Translations under genes and position numbers: made by a program
The notes under the pieces: model-generated
Databases searched by the model: none
What the model was told of the DNA's origin: nothing
The model's input: only the letters and a program-made list of their open reading frames with translations
Shown: one piece after another, positions 26,531 to 37,017 of the stretch
Position numbering within the stretch: position 1 is the first letter of the stretch
How the letters are laid out: the number at the start of each line of letters is the position of its first letter
Assembly: GCA_947450365.1 (NCBI GenBank)
Contig: CANFVE010000001.1
Location: 26,538-90,537, forward strand
DNA length: 64,000 bases
Direction: 5' to 3'
From: Cytophagaceae bacterium
GTDB taxonomy: Bacteria > Bacteroidota > Bacteroidia > Cytophagales > Spirosomataceae

Positions 26531-28788
26531 AACCAATAGCGATCGATTTAGAAAAAGAGCGAATTGAGATCTTGAAAAGATATCGAAAGCTTTTGCGTAC
26601 CGCTAAACCCTACTTGAAGGATGATGATGCCAAACAAATCAAAAGGGCATTTCTATTGTCCGCCGAGGCGCATAAAGATATGCGTCGAAAATCCGGCGAG
26701 CCCTATATTTATCATCCCTTGGCCGTCGCCCAAATATGCGTGGAGGAAATCGGATTGGGTACCACATCGATTATTTCGGCTTTGATGCATGATGTGGTCG
26801 AGGATACGAATACGACGTTATTGGATATTGAAAAGGAGTTTGGTCCCAAGATTGCCTCGATCATTGATGGCTTGACAAAGATTGCGGGGACCTTTGATTA
26901 TGGGACATCCCAACAGGCCGAGAATTTCCGGAAGATGTTGTTGACCCTCTCGGATGATATTCGGGTGATTTTGATCAAATTGGCCGATCGCTTGCATAAC
27001 ATGCGGACCTTGAGTTCGATGGCGAAGGAAAAGCAATTGAAAATCGCCTCTGAAACGATTTATTTATATGCGCCTTTGGCTCATCGCCTGGGATTGAATG
27101 CGATCAAATCTGAGTTAGAAGATTTAGGTTTAAAGTATACGGAGCCAGAAGCTTATCGAGAGATTGCGCATAAATTGATGGAAAATAAGCGCAATCGGGA
27201 GAGTTTTGTGGAGCATTTTATTCGGCCGATTAAGAAATCCTTGGATGAGCGGAGTTTGGCCTATACGATTAAAGGCCGACCTAAATCCATTTATTCGATT
27301 TATAATAAATTGAAAAAAGGCAATACGGCCTTTGATAAAATTTATGATTTGTTTGCGGTGCGCGTGGTGTTGGATGTGCCTTTGGAACGGGAGAAATCCG
27401 ATTGTTGGGAAGTGTACAGCATCGTAACGGATCATTATCGACCGAATCCGAGTCGTTTAAAAGACTGGGTTTCTACCCCCAAATCCAATGGATATGAATC
27501 TTTGCACACGACCGTCATGAGTTTGCCTTATGGCAGTGACAAAGAGGGGCGCTGGGTAGAAGTGCAAATTCGGACAAAGCGGATGGATGAGATTGCGGAG
27601 AAGGGGGTTGCCGCGCATTTTAAATACAAGGGCACAGATACACGAACGAATCAGGCTTTCGAATCCTGGTTGTCGCAGGTTCGGGAGGCGCTGGAATCGA
27701 ATGACAAAACCCAGTCGGCCGTCGAATTAGTTGATGATATTAAAAATTCCTTGTACCATGAGGAGGTGTTCGTGTTTACGCCCAAGGGAAAATTGATTGT
27801 CCTGCAATCGGGTTCTACGGCCTTGGATTTTGCATTTGAGATTCATTCGGAAGTGGGAGCAAAGTGTATTGGGGCGAAGGTGGGGGGCAAATTGGTTCCA
27901 CTGTCACATAAGTTACAGAATGGGGATCAGATTGAGATTTTGACTTCCTCGAAACAAAAGCCTTCTGAAGATTGGTTGCGCATTGTGTATACGACGAAGG
28001 CAAAGGCGCGGATTAAGGATTTTATCAAGGAGGAGAATAAATCGCATTTGATTAAGGGGCGAGATATGATTGAGGCGCGTTTGAAGCATTTGGGATATCC
28101 GACGTTGACGCTGGAATTGACGAATCAGTTGCGGGCTTATTTTAATGCGAAAGATGCGAATGATTTGTTCTATCGATTTGGGAAAGTGTATATTCCCATA
28201 GAGCAGTTGAAGCACTGGAAATCCGACAAGGAGATGCATGAGCGGAAGCAGGCGGAGAAGTCGATTCAGGCCCCGATTATCGATAGTAAATCCTTCCGAA
28301 AGGAAATGCAGCAATATCATAAGGATCGCAAGGAGTCGGATATTTTGTTGATCGGAGAGGATATGGACAAGGTCGATTATACGTTGGCGAAGTGTTGTAA
28401 TCCGATTTCGGGCGATGAGGTGTTTGGATTTGTGACGATTAATGAGGGAATTAAGATTCACCGGACGGGTTGTCCGAACTCGCCGGAATTATTGTCGCGG
28501 CATGGGGACCGGGTGATCAAGGCGCAGTGGACGAGTCAGATTGCGATGTCGTTTATCGTGGAATTGGTGATTCGGGGGATAGACCGAGTGGGATTGGTGA
28601 ATGACGTGACGCGGGTTATTTCGGATGAGTTACAGGTGAATATTACTGCATTGACGATTGGGGTGAAGGATGGTTTGTTTGAGGGGAAGATTTCATTGAT
28701 GATTCAAGATACGGTTCATTTGGAATCCTTGGTGACGGAGTTGGAGCAAGTGACCGGCGTGATCGAGGTGGCGAGGGAGGAAATTTAG
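26527..28788 (+). CDS. relA: Bifunctional (p)ppGpp synthetase/hydrolase (long RSH)
   Basis: HDVVED hydrolase motif, RLHNMRT, GRPKSIYSIY, NGYESLHTT, TGS, CCNPI and ACT domains. Confidence 0.95.
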   Translation: MKPIAIDLEKERIEILKRYRKLLRTAKPYLKDDDAKQIKRAFLLSAEAHKDMRRKSGEPYIYHPLAVAQICVEEIGLGTTSIISALMHDVVEDTNTTLLDIEKEFGPKIASIIDGLTKIAGTFDYGTSQQAENFRKMLLTLSDDIRVILIKLADRLHNMRTLSSMAKEKQLKIASETIYLYAPLAHRLGLNAIKSELEDLGLKYTEPEAYREIAHKLMENKRNRESFVEHFIRPIKKSLDERSLAYTIKGRPKSIYSIYNKLKKGNTAFDKIYDLFAVRVVLDVPLEREKSDCWEVYSIVTDHYRPNPSRLKDWVSTPKSNGYESLHTTVMSLPYGSDKEGRWVEVQIRTKRMDEIAEKGVAAHFKYKGTDTRTNQAFESWLSQVREALESNDKTQSAVELVDDIKNSLYHEEVFVFTPKGKLIVLQSGSTALDFAFEIHSEVGAKCIGAKVGGKLVPLSHKLQNGDQIEILTSSKQKPSEDWLRIVYTTKAKARIKDFIKEENKSHLIKGRDMIEARLKHLGYPTLTLELTNQLRAYFNAKDANDLFYRFGKVYIPIEQLKHWKSDKEMHERKQAEKSIQAPIIDSKSFRKEMQQYHKDRKESDILLIGEDMDKVDYTLAKCCNPISGDEVFGFVTINEGIKIHRTGCPNSPELLSRHGDRVIKAQWTSQIAMSFIVELVIRGIDRVGLVNDVTRVISDELQVNITALTIGVKDGLFEGKISLMIQDTVHLESLVTELEQVTGVIEVAREEI

Positions 28789-28834
28789 TATTTTTCATAA
28801 TTTATAGCTTATTTTACGTCGTTTTTTTCGTTAG

Positions 28835-29320
28835 ATGTCCGCAGCCATAGAGAAGTTTGATTCAGTAAAAAAGATTTTCACAGCTTATTTGGAAAATAAG
28901 GGCTTGCGGAAGACTCCAGAGCGTTTTGCGATCTTAGAGGAGATTTATTTGCGGGATGATCATTTTGATGTGGAGGAACTGTATATCTCGATGAAAAACA
29001 AGAAATATCAGGTGTCTCGTGCGACGGTTTACAATACCTTAGATGTGTTAGTGGAATGTGATTTGGTGGTCAAACATCAATTTGGGCGGAATCAGGCGCA
29101 GTTTGAAAAGTCCTATGGTCGGCGTCAGCATGATCACTTAATCTGTACGGACTGTCACAAAGTGACCGAGTTTTGTGATCCACGGGTACAGACGATACAG
29201 AGTTTAGTCGGGGAGATGTTGCAATTTAATGTGATGCATCATTCCTTGATTTTTTATGGATCATGTACAAAGAAAAATTGTGAGTCGCGGGATCAGTACC
29301 AGGCTCGAAATCAGGAATAA
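28835..29320 (+). CDS. fur: Fur-family transcriptional regulator
   Basis: [31 protein letters not shown]. Confidence 0.9.
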   Translation: MSAAIEKFDSVKKIFTAYLENKGLRKTPERFAILEEIYLRDDHFDVEELYISMKNKKYQVSRATVYNTLDVLVECDLVVKHQFGRNQAQFEKSYGRRQHDHLICTDCHKVTEFCDPRVQTIQSLVGEMLQFNVMHHSLIFYGSCTKKNCESRDQYQARNQE

Positions 29321-29342
29321 TTTACGTTTATAAAAATTTATT

Positions 29343-30626
29343 ATGGCAGTTGATGTATTATTAGGCTTACAATGGGGTGACGAAGGCAAGGGAAAAATTG
29401 TGGACGTGTTGGCTCCTCGTTACCAAGTGGTGGCGCGTTTTCAAGGGGGACCTAATGCGGGTCATACACTTGAATTTGATGGTTTTAAGCATGTGTTGCA
29501 TCAAATTCCTTCGGGGATTTTTCGCCAAGAGGTTCAAAATATCATCGGAAACGGCGTGGTGTTGGATCCGATTATCTTCAAGAAGGAGATTGAGGGGTTG
29601 GCGCATTTCAACTTGGACCTTCGCAAAAATTTAGAGATTTCAAAAAAGGCTTCCATCATTTTACCGACGCACCGTTTGTTAGACGCGGCTTATGAAAAAG
29701 CGAAAGGGGATGCGAAAATTGGCTCGACTTTGAAGGGAATTGGACCTACGTATACGGATAAAATTTCACGTCAAGGATTGCGTGTCGGAGACATGATTTC
29801 CCCTTCATTTCCTGAAAAATATCAAGCATTAGTGGATCGTCACAAGGCGATTTTGGATGTATATAAGTTTGAATATGATTTAGCGGCGGCGGAAAAAGAG
29901 TTTTTTGCGGCGGTTGAGTTCATGAAGGAATTTCATTTGGTAGATTCTGAATATTCGGTGAATCAGGCGATTAGTGCAGGCAAAACGATTTTGGCGGAGG
30001 GAGCACAAGGCTCGCTTTTGGACGTCGATTTTGGTTCTTATCCCTTTGTGACATCCTCCAATACGATTACGGCTGGGGCCTGTACGGGTTTAGGTGTGGC
30101 GCCTAAGAACATTGGCGAGGTGTATGGGATTTTTAAGGCCTATGCTACGCGGGTGGGTTCGGGACCATTCCCGACGGAATTGGAAGATGAAGTAGGTGAG
30201 CGGATGCGTCAGGAGGGACGGGAGTTTGGTTCGACGACCGGTCGGCCACGTCGCTGCGGATGGATCGATTTGCCGGCGCTAAAATATGCGATGATGATTA
30301 ATGGGGTGACTCAGTTGATCATGATGAAGGCGGATGTTTTGAATATTTTTGAAGACATTTTGGTATGTACGGCCTATGAAATGCCAGATGGTACGGTGAC
30401 GGATCAAATTCCATTTGAGATTACAGATATCAAGGTAAAACCGATTTATGAGACGTTGAAGGGCTGGCATTGTTCGTTAGAGGGCATGCGTCATTTTGAG
30501 GAATTGCCGGCAGAATTATCAACGTATATTCAGTTTTTGGAGAAGCATTTGAATTTGCCGATTAACTTTATCTCAACGGGTCCAGATCGCGAGGCTTGTG
30601 TGCTTCGTGGCTTGTTGGCCAATTAA
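29343..30626 (+). CDS. purA: Adenylosuccinate synthetase
   Basis: GLQWGDEGKGK, QGGPNAGHT, TTGRPRRCGW. Confidence 0.98.
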   Translation: MAVDVLLGLQWGDEGKGKIVDVLAPRYQVVARFQGGPNAGHTLEFDGFKHVLHQIPSGIFRQEVQNIIGNGVVLDPIIFKKEIEGLAHFNLDLRKNLEISKKASIILPTHRLLDAAYEKAKGDAKIGSTLKGIGPTYTDKISRQGLRVGDMISPSFPEKYQALVDRHKAILDVYKFEYDLAAAEKEFFAAVEFMKEFHLVDSEYSVNQAISAGKTILAEGAQGSLLDVDFGSYPFVTSSNTITAGACTGLGVAPKNIGEVYGIFKAYATRVGSGPFPTELEDEVGERMRQEGREFGSTTGRPRRCGWIDLPALKYAMMINGVTQLIMMKADVLNIFEDILVCTAYEMPDGTVTDQIPFEITDIKVKPIYETLKGWHCSLEGMRHFEELPAELSTYIQFLEKHLNLPINFISTGPDREACVLRGLLAN

Positions 30627-30628
30627 TT

Positions 30629-31384
30629 ATGCCTCAGGAATCCATTCATTTAGCGGATTTATATAAACACGATGAGATTTATTGGGTCCCAGCAGATCGA
30701 ATGTTGTTTGATTCTGTGGAGTCTCCTGCTGGGCTAGATGCCAAGGAGGCGGATGCTCCAGCTTCATCGACTACGGGTATCGACCCTGTTTCGGAAGTGG
30801 ATCTTACTCAGCCTGGGTCCACGCTTGGAGACATGACTACTGAAGGGACTGTTACGGTTGAGCCTGGGTCTGCTCCGGCTGAAAATTCAGCGAGAGGCTC
30901 AGCGCATGTGGAATCCATTCCTTCCGTTTTAGGTCAAACGCCTACTTTGGAAGTTTCAAAGCCTATTGGACAAGCGGCGGATTCGTTTGAACATGAGCCA
31001 ACGTTGGATGCGGAGGCTTCGCCAAAACCAGTGATTCCAACGACGACCTGGTTGGTCATCGGGGATTTATCCGGCGCGGAACGTGGCCGTTTGCAATTGA
31101 TATTCGCAGCTCCTCCCATGTTATTATCTGAGCAGGATTGGGCTATTTATACGCCCGGGGCAAATGAGCCGTCGTTATCAGCCTTCATCGCACAGGCGTC
31201 AAATAAGAAATTGATCTTTCTAGGTCAACAGCCAGCGGTTTGGCAATCGGATTTTCAGGTGACAGAAATTGTCCAACAAGCTGATAAATTAATCTATTTT
31301 TTCCCACGCTTATTATCCACCTTAACGGATGCAGAAAAATCCTTAAAACTGGTTTTTTGGAACGCAATAAAGGACATGAAATAG
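30629..31384 (+). CDS. Hypothetical protein with acidic P/S/T/A-rich low-complexity linker
   Basis: open frame directly after purA; residues ~25-140 low complexity, globular C-terminus ending LKLVFWNAIK. Confidence 0.6.
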   Translation: MPQESIHLADLYKHDEIYWVPADRMLFDSVESPAGLDAKEADAPASSTTGIDPVSEVDLTQPGSTLGDMTTEGTVTVEPGSAPAENSARGSAHVESIPSVLGQTPTLEVSKPIGQAADSFEHEPTLDAEASPKPVIPTTTWLVIGDLSGAERGRLQLIFAAPPMLLSEQDWAIYTPGANEPSLSAFIAQASNKKLIFLGQQPAVWQSDFQVTEIVQQADKLIYFFPRLLSTLTDAEKSLKLVFWNAIKDMK

Positions 31385-31430
31385 CGTTTTTTCTGCGCTA
31401 CCTTTGGCAAAGCTTTAAGCTTTGCCAAAG

Positions 31431-32435
31431 TTAAGCCAGGAAAGACAACGAGGCCAAAGGACTCACATCTTGCCCACAAAACTCCCCAGCTTCCGCTTTA
31501 AAATGTGCCGCCATCGCAATCATTCCCGCGTTATCTGTGCAGTAGGAAAAAGCAGGAATAAAAACATCCCAACCTTGTTTAGCGCCCATTTCCTGAATCC
31601 TCGTCCGTAAACCCGAATTCGCCGAAACACCCCCAGCGATGGCTATTTGTTTACAGCCTGTTTGACTCATCGCCTTCTTCACTTTACGCAATAATATCTC
31701 GATCAGCGTTTTTTGAACCGATGCGCAAATATCCGCCTTGTTTTCCTCGATAAAATTTGGATTCAACGCCACCTGCTTTTGTAGGAAATACAAAATCGAG
31801 GTTTTGATTCCCGAAAAAGAAAAATTCAAGCCTGGTATTTCCCCCATCGGAAAAGGAAAACGATCTGGGTTCCCTTCCTTCGCCAATTTATCGATCAGCG
31901 GTCCGCCCGGATAAGGCAATCCGATCAATTTTGCCGTTTTATCAAAAGCCTCACCCACCGCATCATCCAGCGTTTCGCCGATGATTTCCATATCCAAGGC
32001 ACTTTTCACCCAGACCAATTGGGTATGTCCCCCACTCACCGTCAAACATAAAAAGGGAAATGCAGGCCGCGGTTCCTCGATAAAATGGGCCAATACGTGC
32101 GCTTGCATGTGATTTACATCGATTAAGGGAATGTTCAAGCTCAGCGCAAGCGCTTTGGCAAAAGATGTTCCGATCATCAGGGCGCCCAACAAACCCGGCC
32201 CCCGCGTAAACGCAATGGCATTCAAGTCATTTTTGTTTATATTTGCTTTTTGCAGCGCTTCTTGAACGACAGGAATGATGGATTTTTGATGAGCCCTGCT
32301 GGCTAATTCTGGAACGACACCGCCCCACTCGGTATGAATGAGCTGGGTCGAAATGACGTTCGAACGAAGTTCTCCGTGGACCATCACAGCCGCAGAGGTT
32401 TCGTCACAAGAAGATTCGATGGCCAGAAGGATCAT
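31431..32435 (-). CDS. tsaD: tRNA N6-adenosine threonylcarbamoyltransferase
   Basis: LAIESSCDET, VNHMQAH, LTVSGGHT, DDAVGEAFDK, CTDNAGMI. Confidence 0.97.
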   Translation of the reverse strand: MILLAIESSCDETSAAVMVHGELRSNVISTQLIHTEWGGVVPELASRAHQKSIIPVVQEALQKANINKNDLNAIAFTRGPGLLGALMIGTSFAKALALSLNIPLIDVNHMQAHVLAHFIEEPRPAFPFLCLTVSGGHTQLVWVKSALDMEIIGETLDDAVGEAFDKTAKLIGLPYPGGPLIDKLAKEGNPDRFPFPMGEIPGLNFSFSGIKTSILYFLQKQVALNPNFIEENKADICASVQKTLIEILLRKVKKAMSQTGCKQIAIAGGVSANSGLRTRIQEMGAKQGWDVFIPAFSYCTDNAGMIAMAAHFKAEAGEFCGQDVSPLASLSFLA

Positions 32436-32450
32436 GTCAAAAATTATTTG

Positions 32451-32458
32451 CAAAAATA
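32451..32458 (-). promoter_or_regulatory. Bacteroidota -7 element for tsaD (TATTTTTG)
   Basis: TAnnTTTG-C 15 nt upstream of ATG 32435. Confidence 0.5.
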
Positions 32459-32501
32459 AGGCAAATTAAACCGATTTCGGTTTTTTTCTTAAAAAGAAAA
32501 A

Positions 32502-35500
32502 ATGGTAAAATACCTAAAAATCTTCGCCAAATCAGTCCTATACGGATTAGTGGGGATTTTTTTGCTGATTTTTACCATCATCTTGCTCCTGCGGGCCCCA
32601 AGTAATCAGACCCTTCTCGCCCAATATTTTTCTCCTAAAATCGAAAAGGCGATCGGTTATCCATTAAGCGTCAAAGGAATTCAATTGAAGTTTTTCGACG
32701 AAGTGAGCTTCTGGGGACTCCGTGTCCAAGACCCCTGGGGCAAAGACATGATTTACATCGAACGATTGGATATTAACTTCAATCTCAGCGATTTATTTCT
32801 TCAAGGCTCCAAGCCCACAATGGAATATACTCGTTTACTCCGTCCACGCGTCCATTTAATCCTTGAAAAAAAATCGGGTAAGATTAATATGAACGAGTTT
32901 ATCGACCGACTCGTCCTTTGGTTAAGCGCCGAAAAACCAAAAATTCCCACAGAATCCGCCATCTTTAAAATTCAAAGCGCCGAAGTAGTGGATGGCACAT
33001 TTTTACTGGATGATGAACAAGAAAAAAACCTTTCCTCCTCCACGCATTTTGATATTTCGCACTTTTCGTTCGTGAAAATTAACGCAAAAGTGAATGATTT
33101 TTATGTCAAAGGTGACACCATCGGCCTACAAACCATTGGACTTCAAACGATCGACCCTGCCAGCGGTTTTCATGTTAAAAAATTAGATACGCATTTCATG
33201 ATTTGCGAGAAGCAAATGCGTTTTGACCAATTGGACCTTCGATTCAATGACTCCTTTTTAAAAGACCAAGTCGTCATGAATTACCGTGATTTAGACGATT
33301 TGACCCAATGGATTCCGAAAGTTCGTATGGTTGCCAATTTAAAAAAGAGCCAAGTGAAAGGCGAGGACGTCAGTCGGTTCATCGAAGCGATGAGTCCCTA
33401 CAAAGGCATGTATCGACTAAACGGATTGGTGGATGGCACGGTGGCCAATTTGGGATTGAAAAATTTCGAATTAGCATTCGGTCAAAACTCCGTGCTGCGG
33501 GGTGATTTTAATTTCAAAGGCCTGCCCAATATCGATAAAACGCAAATGGATTTTGATATGAAAAAATCCTTGTTTTTACCCAAAGACCTGGCCATTTTTA
33601 TCAGTTCATCCGCTGCAAGTAAAATGCAAATTTTAGGTCCTGTGGCCTTTGAAGGAAATTTTCATGGGACGAATCAGCGATTTAGGACGCTGGGTAAATT
33701 GAATACGGGGCTGGGTTATTTGGAGGGCGATGTGCGCATGGATCTCAAGGATTCTATGTCGCTTTCCGGCTATGAGGGGGGGGTCAAATTACGGAAATTT
33801 CAATTGGGTAAACTCCTTGATTTGCAGGAATATTTGGGAAATATTGATTTGGAAGGAAAAATTAAAGGCCACGGATTTTCTAAAAAATCGGCGCAAGTCG
33901 ATTTCGACGGCAAAGTCTCCGAAATTCATTTCAATCAATATGCATACAAACGCGTTAGTTTTAAAGGTAATTTCCAGCGGCAGATGTTTAAAGGGGCTGT
34001 GTCCGTGCGGGATTCTAACCTGATCGCATCGATGGAAGGCGAAATCAATTTGCAACCTGCCAAAGCCAGTTATCTTTTAAACGGCCATATTGAACATGCG
34101 CATTTGGAGAAACTAAAACTCATGAAAGAGGCGGTTCAGGTCAGTAGTGGTTTTGAATTAGACTTACGATTTACCTCCGTGGATGATTTGTTGGGCCGCG
34201 CGATTTTCACTGATTTGAATATTCAAAAACCAGGTATGCAAGATCTGCCCATCGGCTTAGTCTCTTTTTCAGCCAATAAAAACTTTAATGGAGATCGACA
34301 TTATCAACTTAATTCCGATTTGATTTCCGTAGATATGAAGGGCGATTTTATTCCGAGTCGGATGCAGAGTGACCTCCAACAAGTCTGGCAAGAATATGCC
34401 TTGTTTTTCCAGAAACCAGAAAATGAGCGCCAGAAATATTACGCTTCCAGAACCTATGATACCGAGCGGAAATATCAAGCCGATTTTACCATCATTTGCC
34501 ACCAGGCCGCGCCTATTTTAAGTCGTTTTTATCCCTCATTGGGCATCGGGAAAAACACTGTTTTCTCGGGCAATATCTCGAAAGGTCGGACCCTAGCCTT
34601 GAGTTTGGAATCCTATCCAGACACCTTGGTTTTCGGCGGATATCGCTTTTATCAATCGGTTTTCTCCTTGCAGAGTTCGAAGTTTTTAGGAGGGCCAGAG
34701 GTGTCGTCAAGCTTGGTTTTTCAGTCGAGACGCCAACAATTAAATTTCCTCAGCCCCACCGAAAACTTTAAATTAAACGCCCTTTGGGACCAGGATAAAA
34801 TCAATTTCGGTTTAGACTTTAAACAACAAGGCGAAGACAATTTGGCCCATTTCGGAGGTAATTGGAAATTCGAAAAAGATGGACTTTCGCTCCGATTTAA
34901 GGATTCCTACATGAAGATTTTAGGCCAAGATTGGGCGATCGATCCAGAGAATAAAATCACGATAAAGGGCCAAGAATGGAAAGCGGAGCAAGTATTGATT
35001 TCAAATAAAAAACAATCAATTTCGCTCCAAGGTAGCCTGTCGATGGACTCCACGGAAACCTTAAAATTGCGCGCGAATAAGTTTCAATTAGCCACCCTAG
35101 GACCGCTTTTTGCGATCAAAGCCGTGGGAGAATTAAACGCGGAAGTAAGTATTCAAAACTGGTACCAAAATACCCGCCTGGATTCATGGTTGATCATCGA
35201 TTCCCTTCGCCTAAATAAATTTTACATGGGCAATTTCCAGGGGGTTGGTACTTATTTGGCCGAATCCCAATTGATGGATTTGAACTACCATTTAAATCGC
35301 TTTGGCGAATCCGTGATGACCATTAGCGGTGCTTATAAACCCTATGCGGAAACGGATAAATTGAACATCAAAGCGGAATTGAACAAGACAAATCTCGGAA
35401 TTCTAGAACCTTTTACGGAGGGTGTTTTTTCGGGTTTATCGGGAGAGGCCTCGGGTGAATTACGGATTGGGGGCTCGGTGGATGACCCGAATCTTCAAGG

Positions 35501-36971
35501 TCGGATCGTAGTCCAAAAAGGAAAAGTTAATTTCGATTACCTAAATACAGCCGTCAATGTGTCTGATACCGTGGTTTTTCAAGGCCGGCAAATCATAGGT
35601 AAAAATTGGACACTGAAAGACAATGACGGCAACGTGGCGAAATTAAATGCCAAAGTTAATTTTCCAAAAGGCAAGCCTTTTGAGATGTCCTTATCTGCCG
35701 ATCTAACCCGCTATAAAATCTTAAATACGCAACGAAGCCCAAGCTCCTTTTATTTCGGAACGGGGATCGCCAGTGGCTTATTTCAAATGGACGGAACGCT
35801 TCAGGATTTGCGGATTTCGGGTAATTTAAAAAGCGAACGAGGAACCAAATTATACATTCCACTTGACCGTGATTTTGCCAGCACGGATGAACAAGATTAT
35901 GAGTTTTTAAGTGAAAGTTTGAAGACTGTTTCCGATGAAAAACTGGCGAAAAAAACAGAATCGACTGACGTTCCCATTTCCCTCGACCTCACCTTAAACT
36001 TAAATCCAGACGCCTATGGCGAGGTGCAGTTCGATAGCAAAAAAGGAGATGTCATGCGCGTCTATGGTACCGGGGGGATTAAGATGACCCTGGATAAAAA
36101 AGGTGATTTTAGGATGAATGGCGATTATGCCATCGACCAAGGGGATTATACCTTTACGCTGCAGAATTTGATTAATAAGAAATTTGCGATTCAGCGGGGA
36201 TCTAAAATCTCCTGGAAAGGCGATCCCTTGGATGCGAATGTGGACATCAAAGCGGTTTATACTCAATATGCTTCTTTGTTTCCGATCTTGTTGGATACGA
36301 CCAACAAAGGGAATTTGCCCGAGTTTAAACGTCGCTACCCTGTCGATGTAACGATTAATTTACAAAACCGTTTGTTGTCGCCAAATGTCTCCTTTGATAT
36401 TGGTATTCGGGATTATCCGAAAGACATGACCTTGAATGGGGCGGTGACGGCATTTACGAATCGGATAAAGACGGACGAGCAGGAGTTGACCCGCCAAGTA
36501 AGTAACGTCTTATTATTCGGCCAGCTCGTTTCTCCATTCGGGGGAAGTGGTGTTGCCTTGGGGAATTTGGTGGGTAATTTCACGGAGATGTTGTCGAACC
36601 AGCTGAGTAATTTGGCTTCGCAGATTAATAAGGATTTGAACATCGATGTGTATTTGGGTGGGGGGTCTTTGACACAGGATATTCTGACCAACTTACAATT
36701 GCGAGCCTCCTATAACGTGAATAATCGCCTGCGCATTTCCCGCAGTGGTGGTTTTACTGATGCTCGAAATCAGACGAGTCCACAGATTTTACTGGGTGAC
36801 TGGGCGCTGGAATGGTTCGTGAAACGGGATGGAAGTTTGCGGGCGAAGACCTATAACCGAAACGTGCAAACCACCTTATTGGGTTCCTTGAACTCCTACC
36901 AAATCAATCAGACCTTTGGGGCGAGTCTTGTCTTCAATAAGAGTTTTAATTCTTTCTGGGGTACCAAATAA
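32502..36971 (+). CDS. tamB: Translocation/assembly module TamB (AsmA-like) protein
   Basis: N-terminal TM anchor, long beta-taco-like body, C-terminal DUF490-like region (GDYAIDQGDYTF, GSKISWKGDPLDA). Confidence 0.85.
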   Translation: MVKYLKIFAKSVLYGLVGIFLLIFTIILLLRAPSNQTLLAQYFSPKIEKAIGYPLSVKGIQLKFFDEVSFWGLRVQDPWGKDMIYIERLDINFNLSDLFLQGSKPTMEYTRLLRPRVHLILEKKSGKINMNEFIDRLVLWLSAEKPKIPTESAIFKIQSAEVVDGTFLLDDEQEKNLSSSTHFDISHFSFVKINAKVNDFYVKGDTIGLQTIGLQTIDPASGFHVKKLDTHFMICEKQMRFDQLDLRFNDSFLKDQVVMNYRDLDDLTQWIPKVRMVANLKKSQVKGEDVSRFIEAMSPYKGMYRLNGLVDGTVANLGLKNFELAFGQNSVLRGDFNFKGLPNIDKTQMDFDMKKSLFLPKDLAIFISSSAASKMQILGPVAFEGNFHGTNQRFRTLGKLNTGLGYLEGDVRMDLKDSMSLSGYEGGVKLRKFQLGKLLDLQEYLGNIDLEGKIKGHGFSKKSAQVDFDGKVSEIHFNQYAYKRVSFKGNFQRQMFKGAVSVRDSNLIASMEGEINLQPAKASYLLNGHIEHAHLEKLKLMKEAVQVSSGFELDLRFTSVDDLLGRAIFTDLNIQKPGMQDLPIGLVSFSANKNFNGDRHYQLNSDLISVDMKGDFIPSRMQSDLQQVWQEYALFFQKPENERQKYYASRTYDTERKYQADFTIICHQAAPILSRFYPSLGIGKNTVFSGNISKGRTLALSLESYPDTLVFGGYRFYQSVFSLQSSKFLGGPEVSSSLVFQSRRQQLNFLSPTENFKLNALWDQDKINFGLDFKQQGEDNLAHFGGNWKFEKDGLSLRFKDSYMKILGQDWAIDPENKITIKGQEWKAEQVLISNKKQSISLQGSLSMDSTETLKLRANKFQLATLGPLFAIKAVGELNAEVSIQNWYQNTRLDSWLIIDSLRLNKFYMGNFQGVGTYLAESQLMDLNYHLNRFGESVMTISGAYKPYAETDKLNIKAELNKTNLGILEPFTEGVFSGLSGEASGELRIGGSVDDPNLQGRIVVQKGKVNFDYLNTAVNVSDTVVFQGRQIIGKNWTLKDNDGNVAKLNAKVNFPKGKPFEMSLSADLTRYKILNTQRSPSSFYFGTGIASGLFQMDGTLQDLRISGNLKSERGTKLYIPLDRDFASTDEQDYEFLSESLKTVSDEKLAKKTESTDVPISLDLTLNLNPDAYGEVQFDSKKGDVMRVYGTGGIKMTLDKKGDFRMNGDYAIDQGDYTFTLQNLINKKFAIQRGSKISWKGDPLDANVDIKAVYTQYASLFPILLDTTNKGNLPEFKRRYPVDVTINLQNRLLSPNVSFDIGIRDYPKDMTLNGAVTAFTNRIKTDEQELTRQVSNVLLFGQLVSPFGGSGVALGNLVGNFTEMLSNQLSNLASQINKDLNIDVYLGGGSLTQDILTNLQLRASYNVNNRLRISRSGGFTDARNQTSPQILLGDWALEWFVKRDGSLRAKTYNRNVQTTLLGSLNSYQINQTFGASLVFNKSFNSFWGTK

Positions 36972-36998
36972 AAAAAGCCGCTGGTCGGCGGCTTTTTT
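36971..36998. terminator. Bidirectional rho-independent terminator
   Basis: AAAAAAGCCGC-tggtcg-GCGGCTTTTTT between convergent genes. Confidence 0.88.
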
Positions 36999-37017
36999 CG
37001 TATAGGCTTCATTCGAA

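Noticed and set aside
26527-30626. rel-fur-purA clustering and the dispersed nadB versus nadC-nadA arrangement
   Set aside because: Ordinary gene orders for Bacteroidota; no unusual sequence signal.
33120-33170. IGLQT-IGLQT-IDPASG in TamB resembling the wecB ASGLQTP repeat
   Set aside because: The DNA has a diverged 15-nt period with no heptamer register; the similarity is at peptide level only and probably coincidental.
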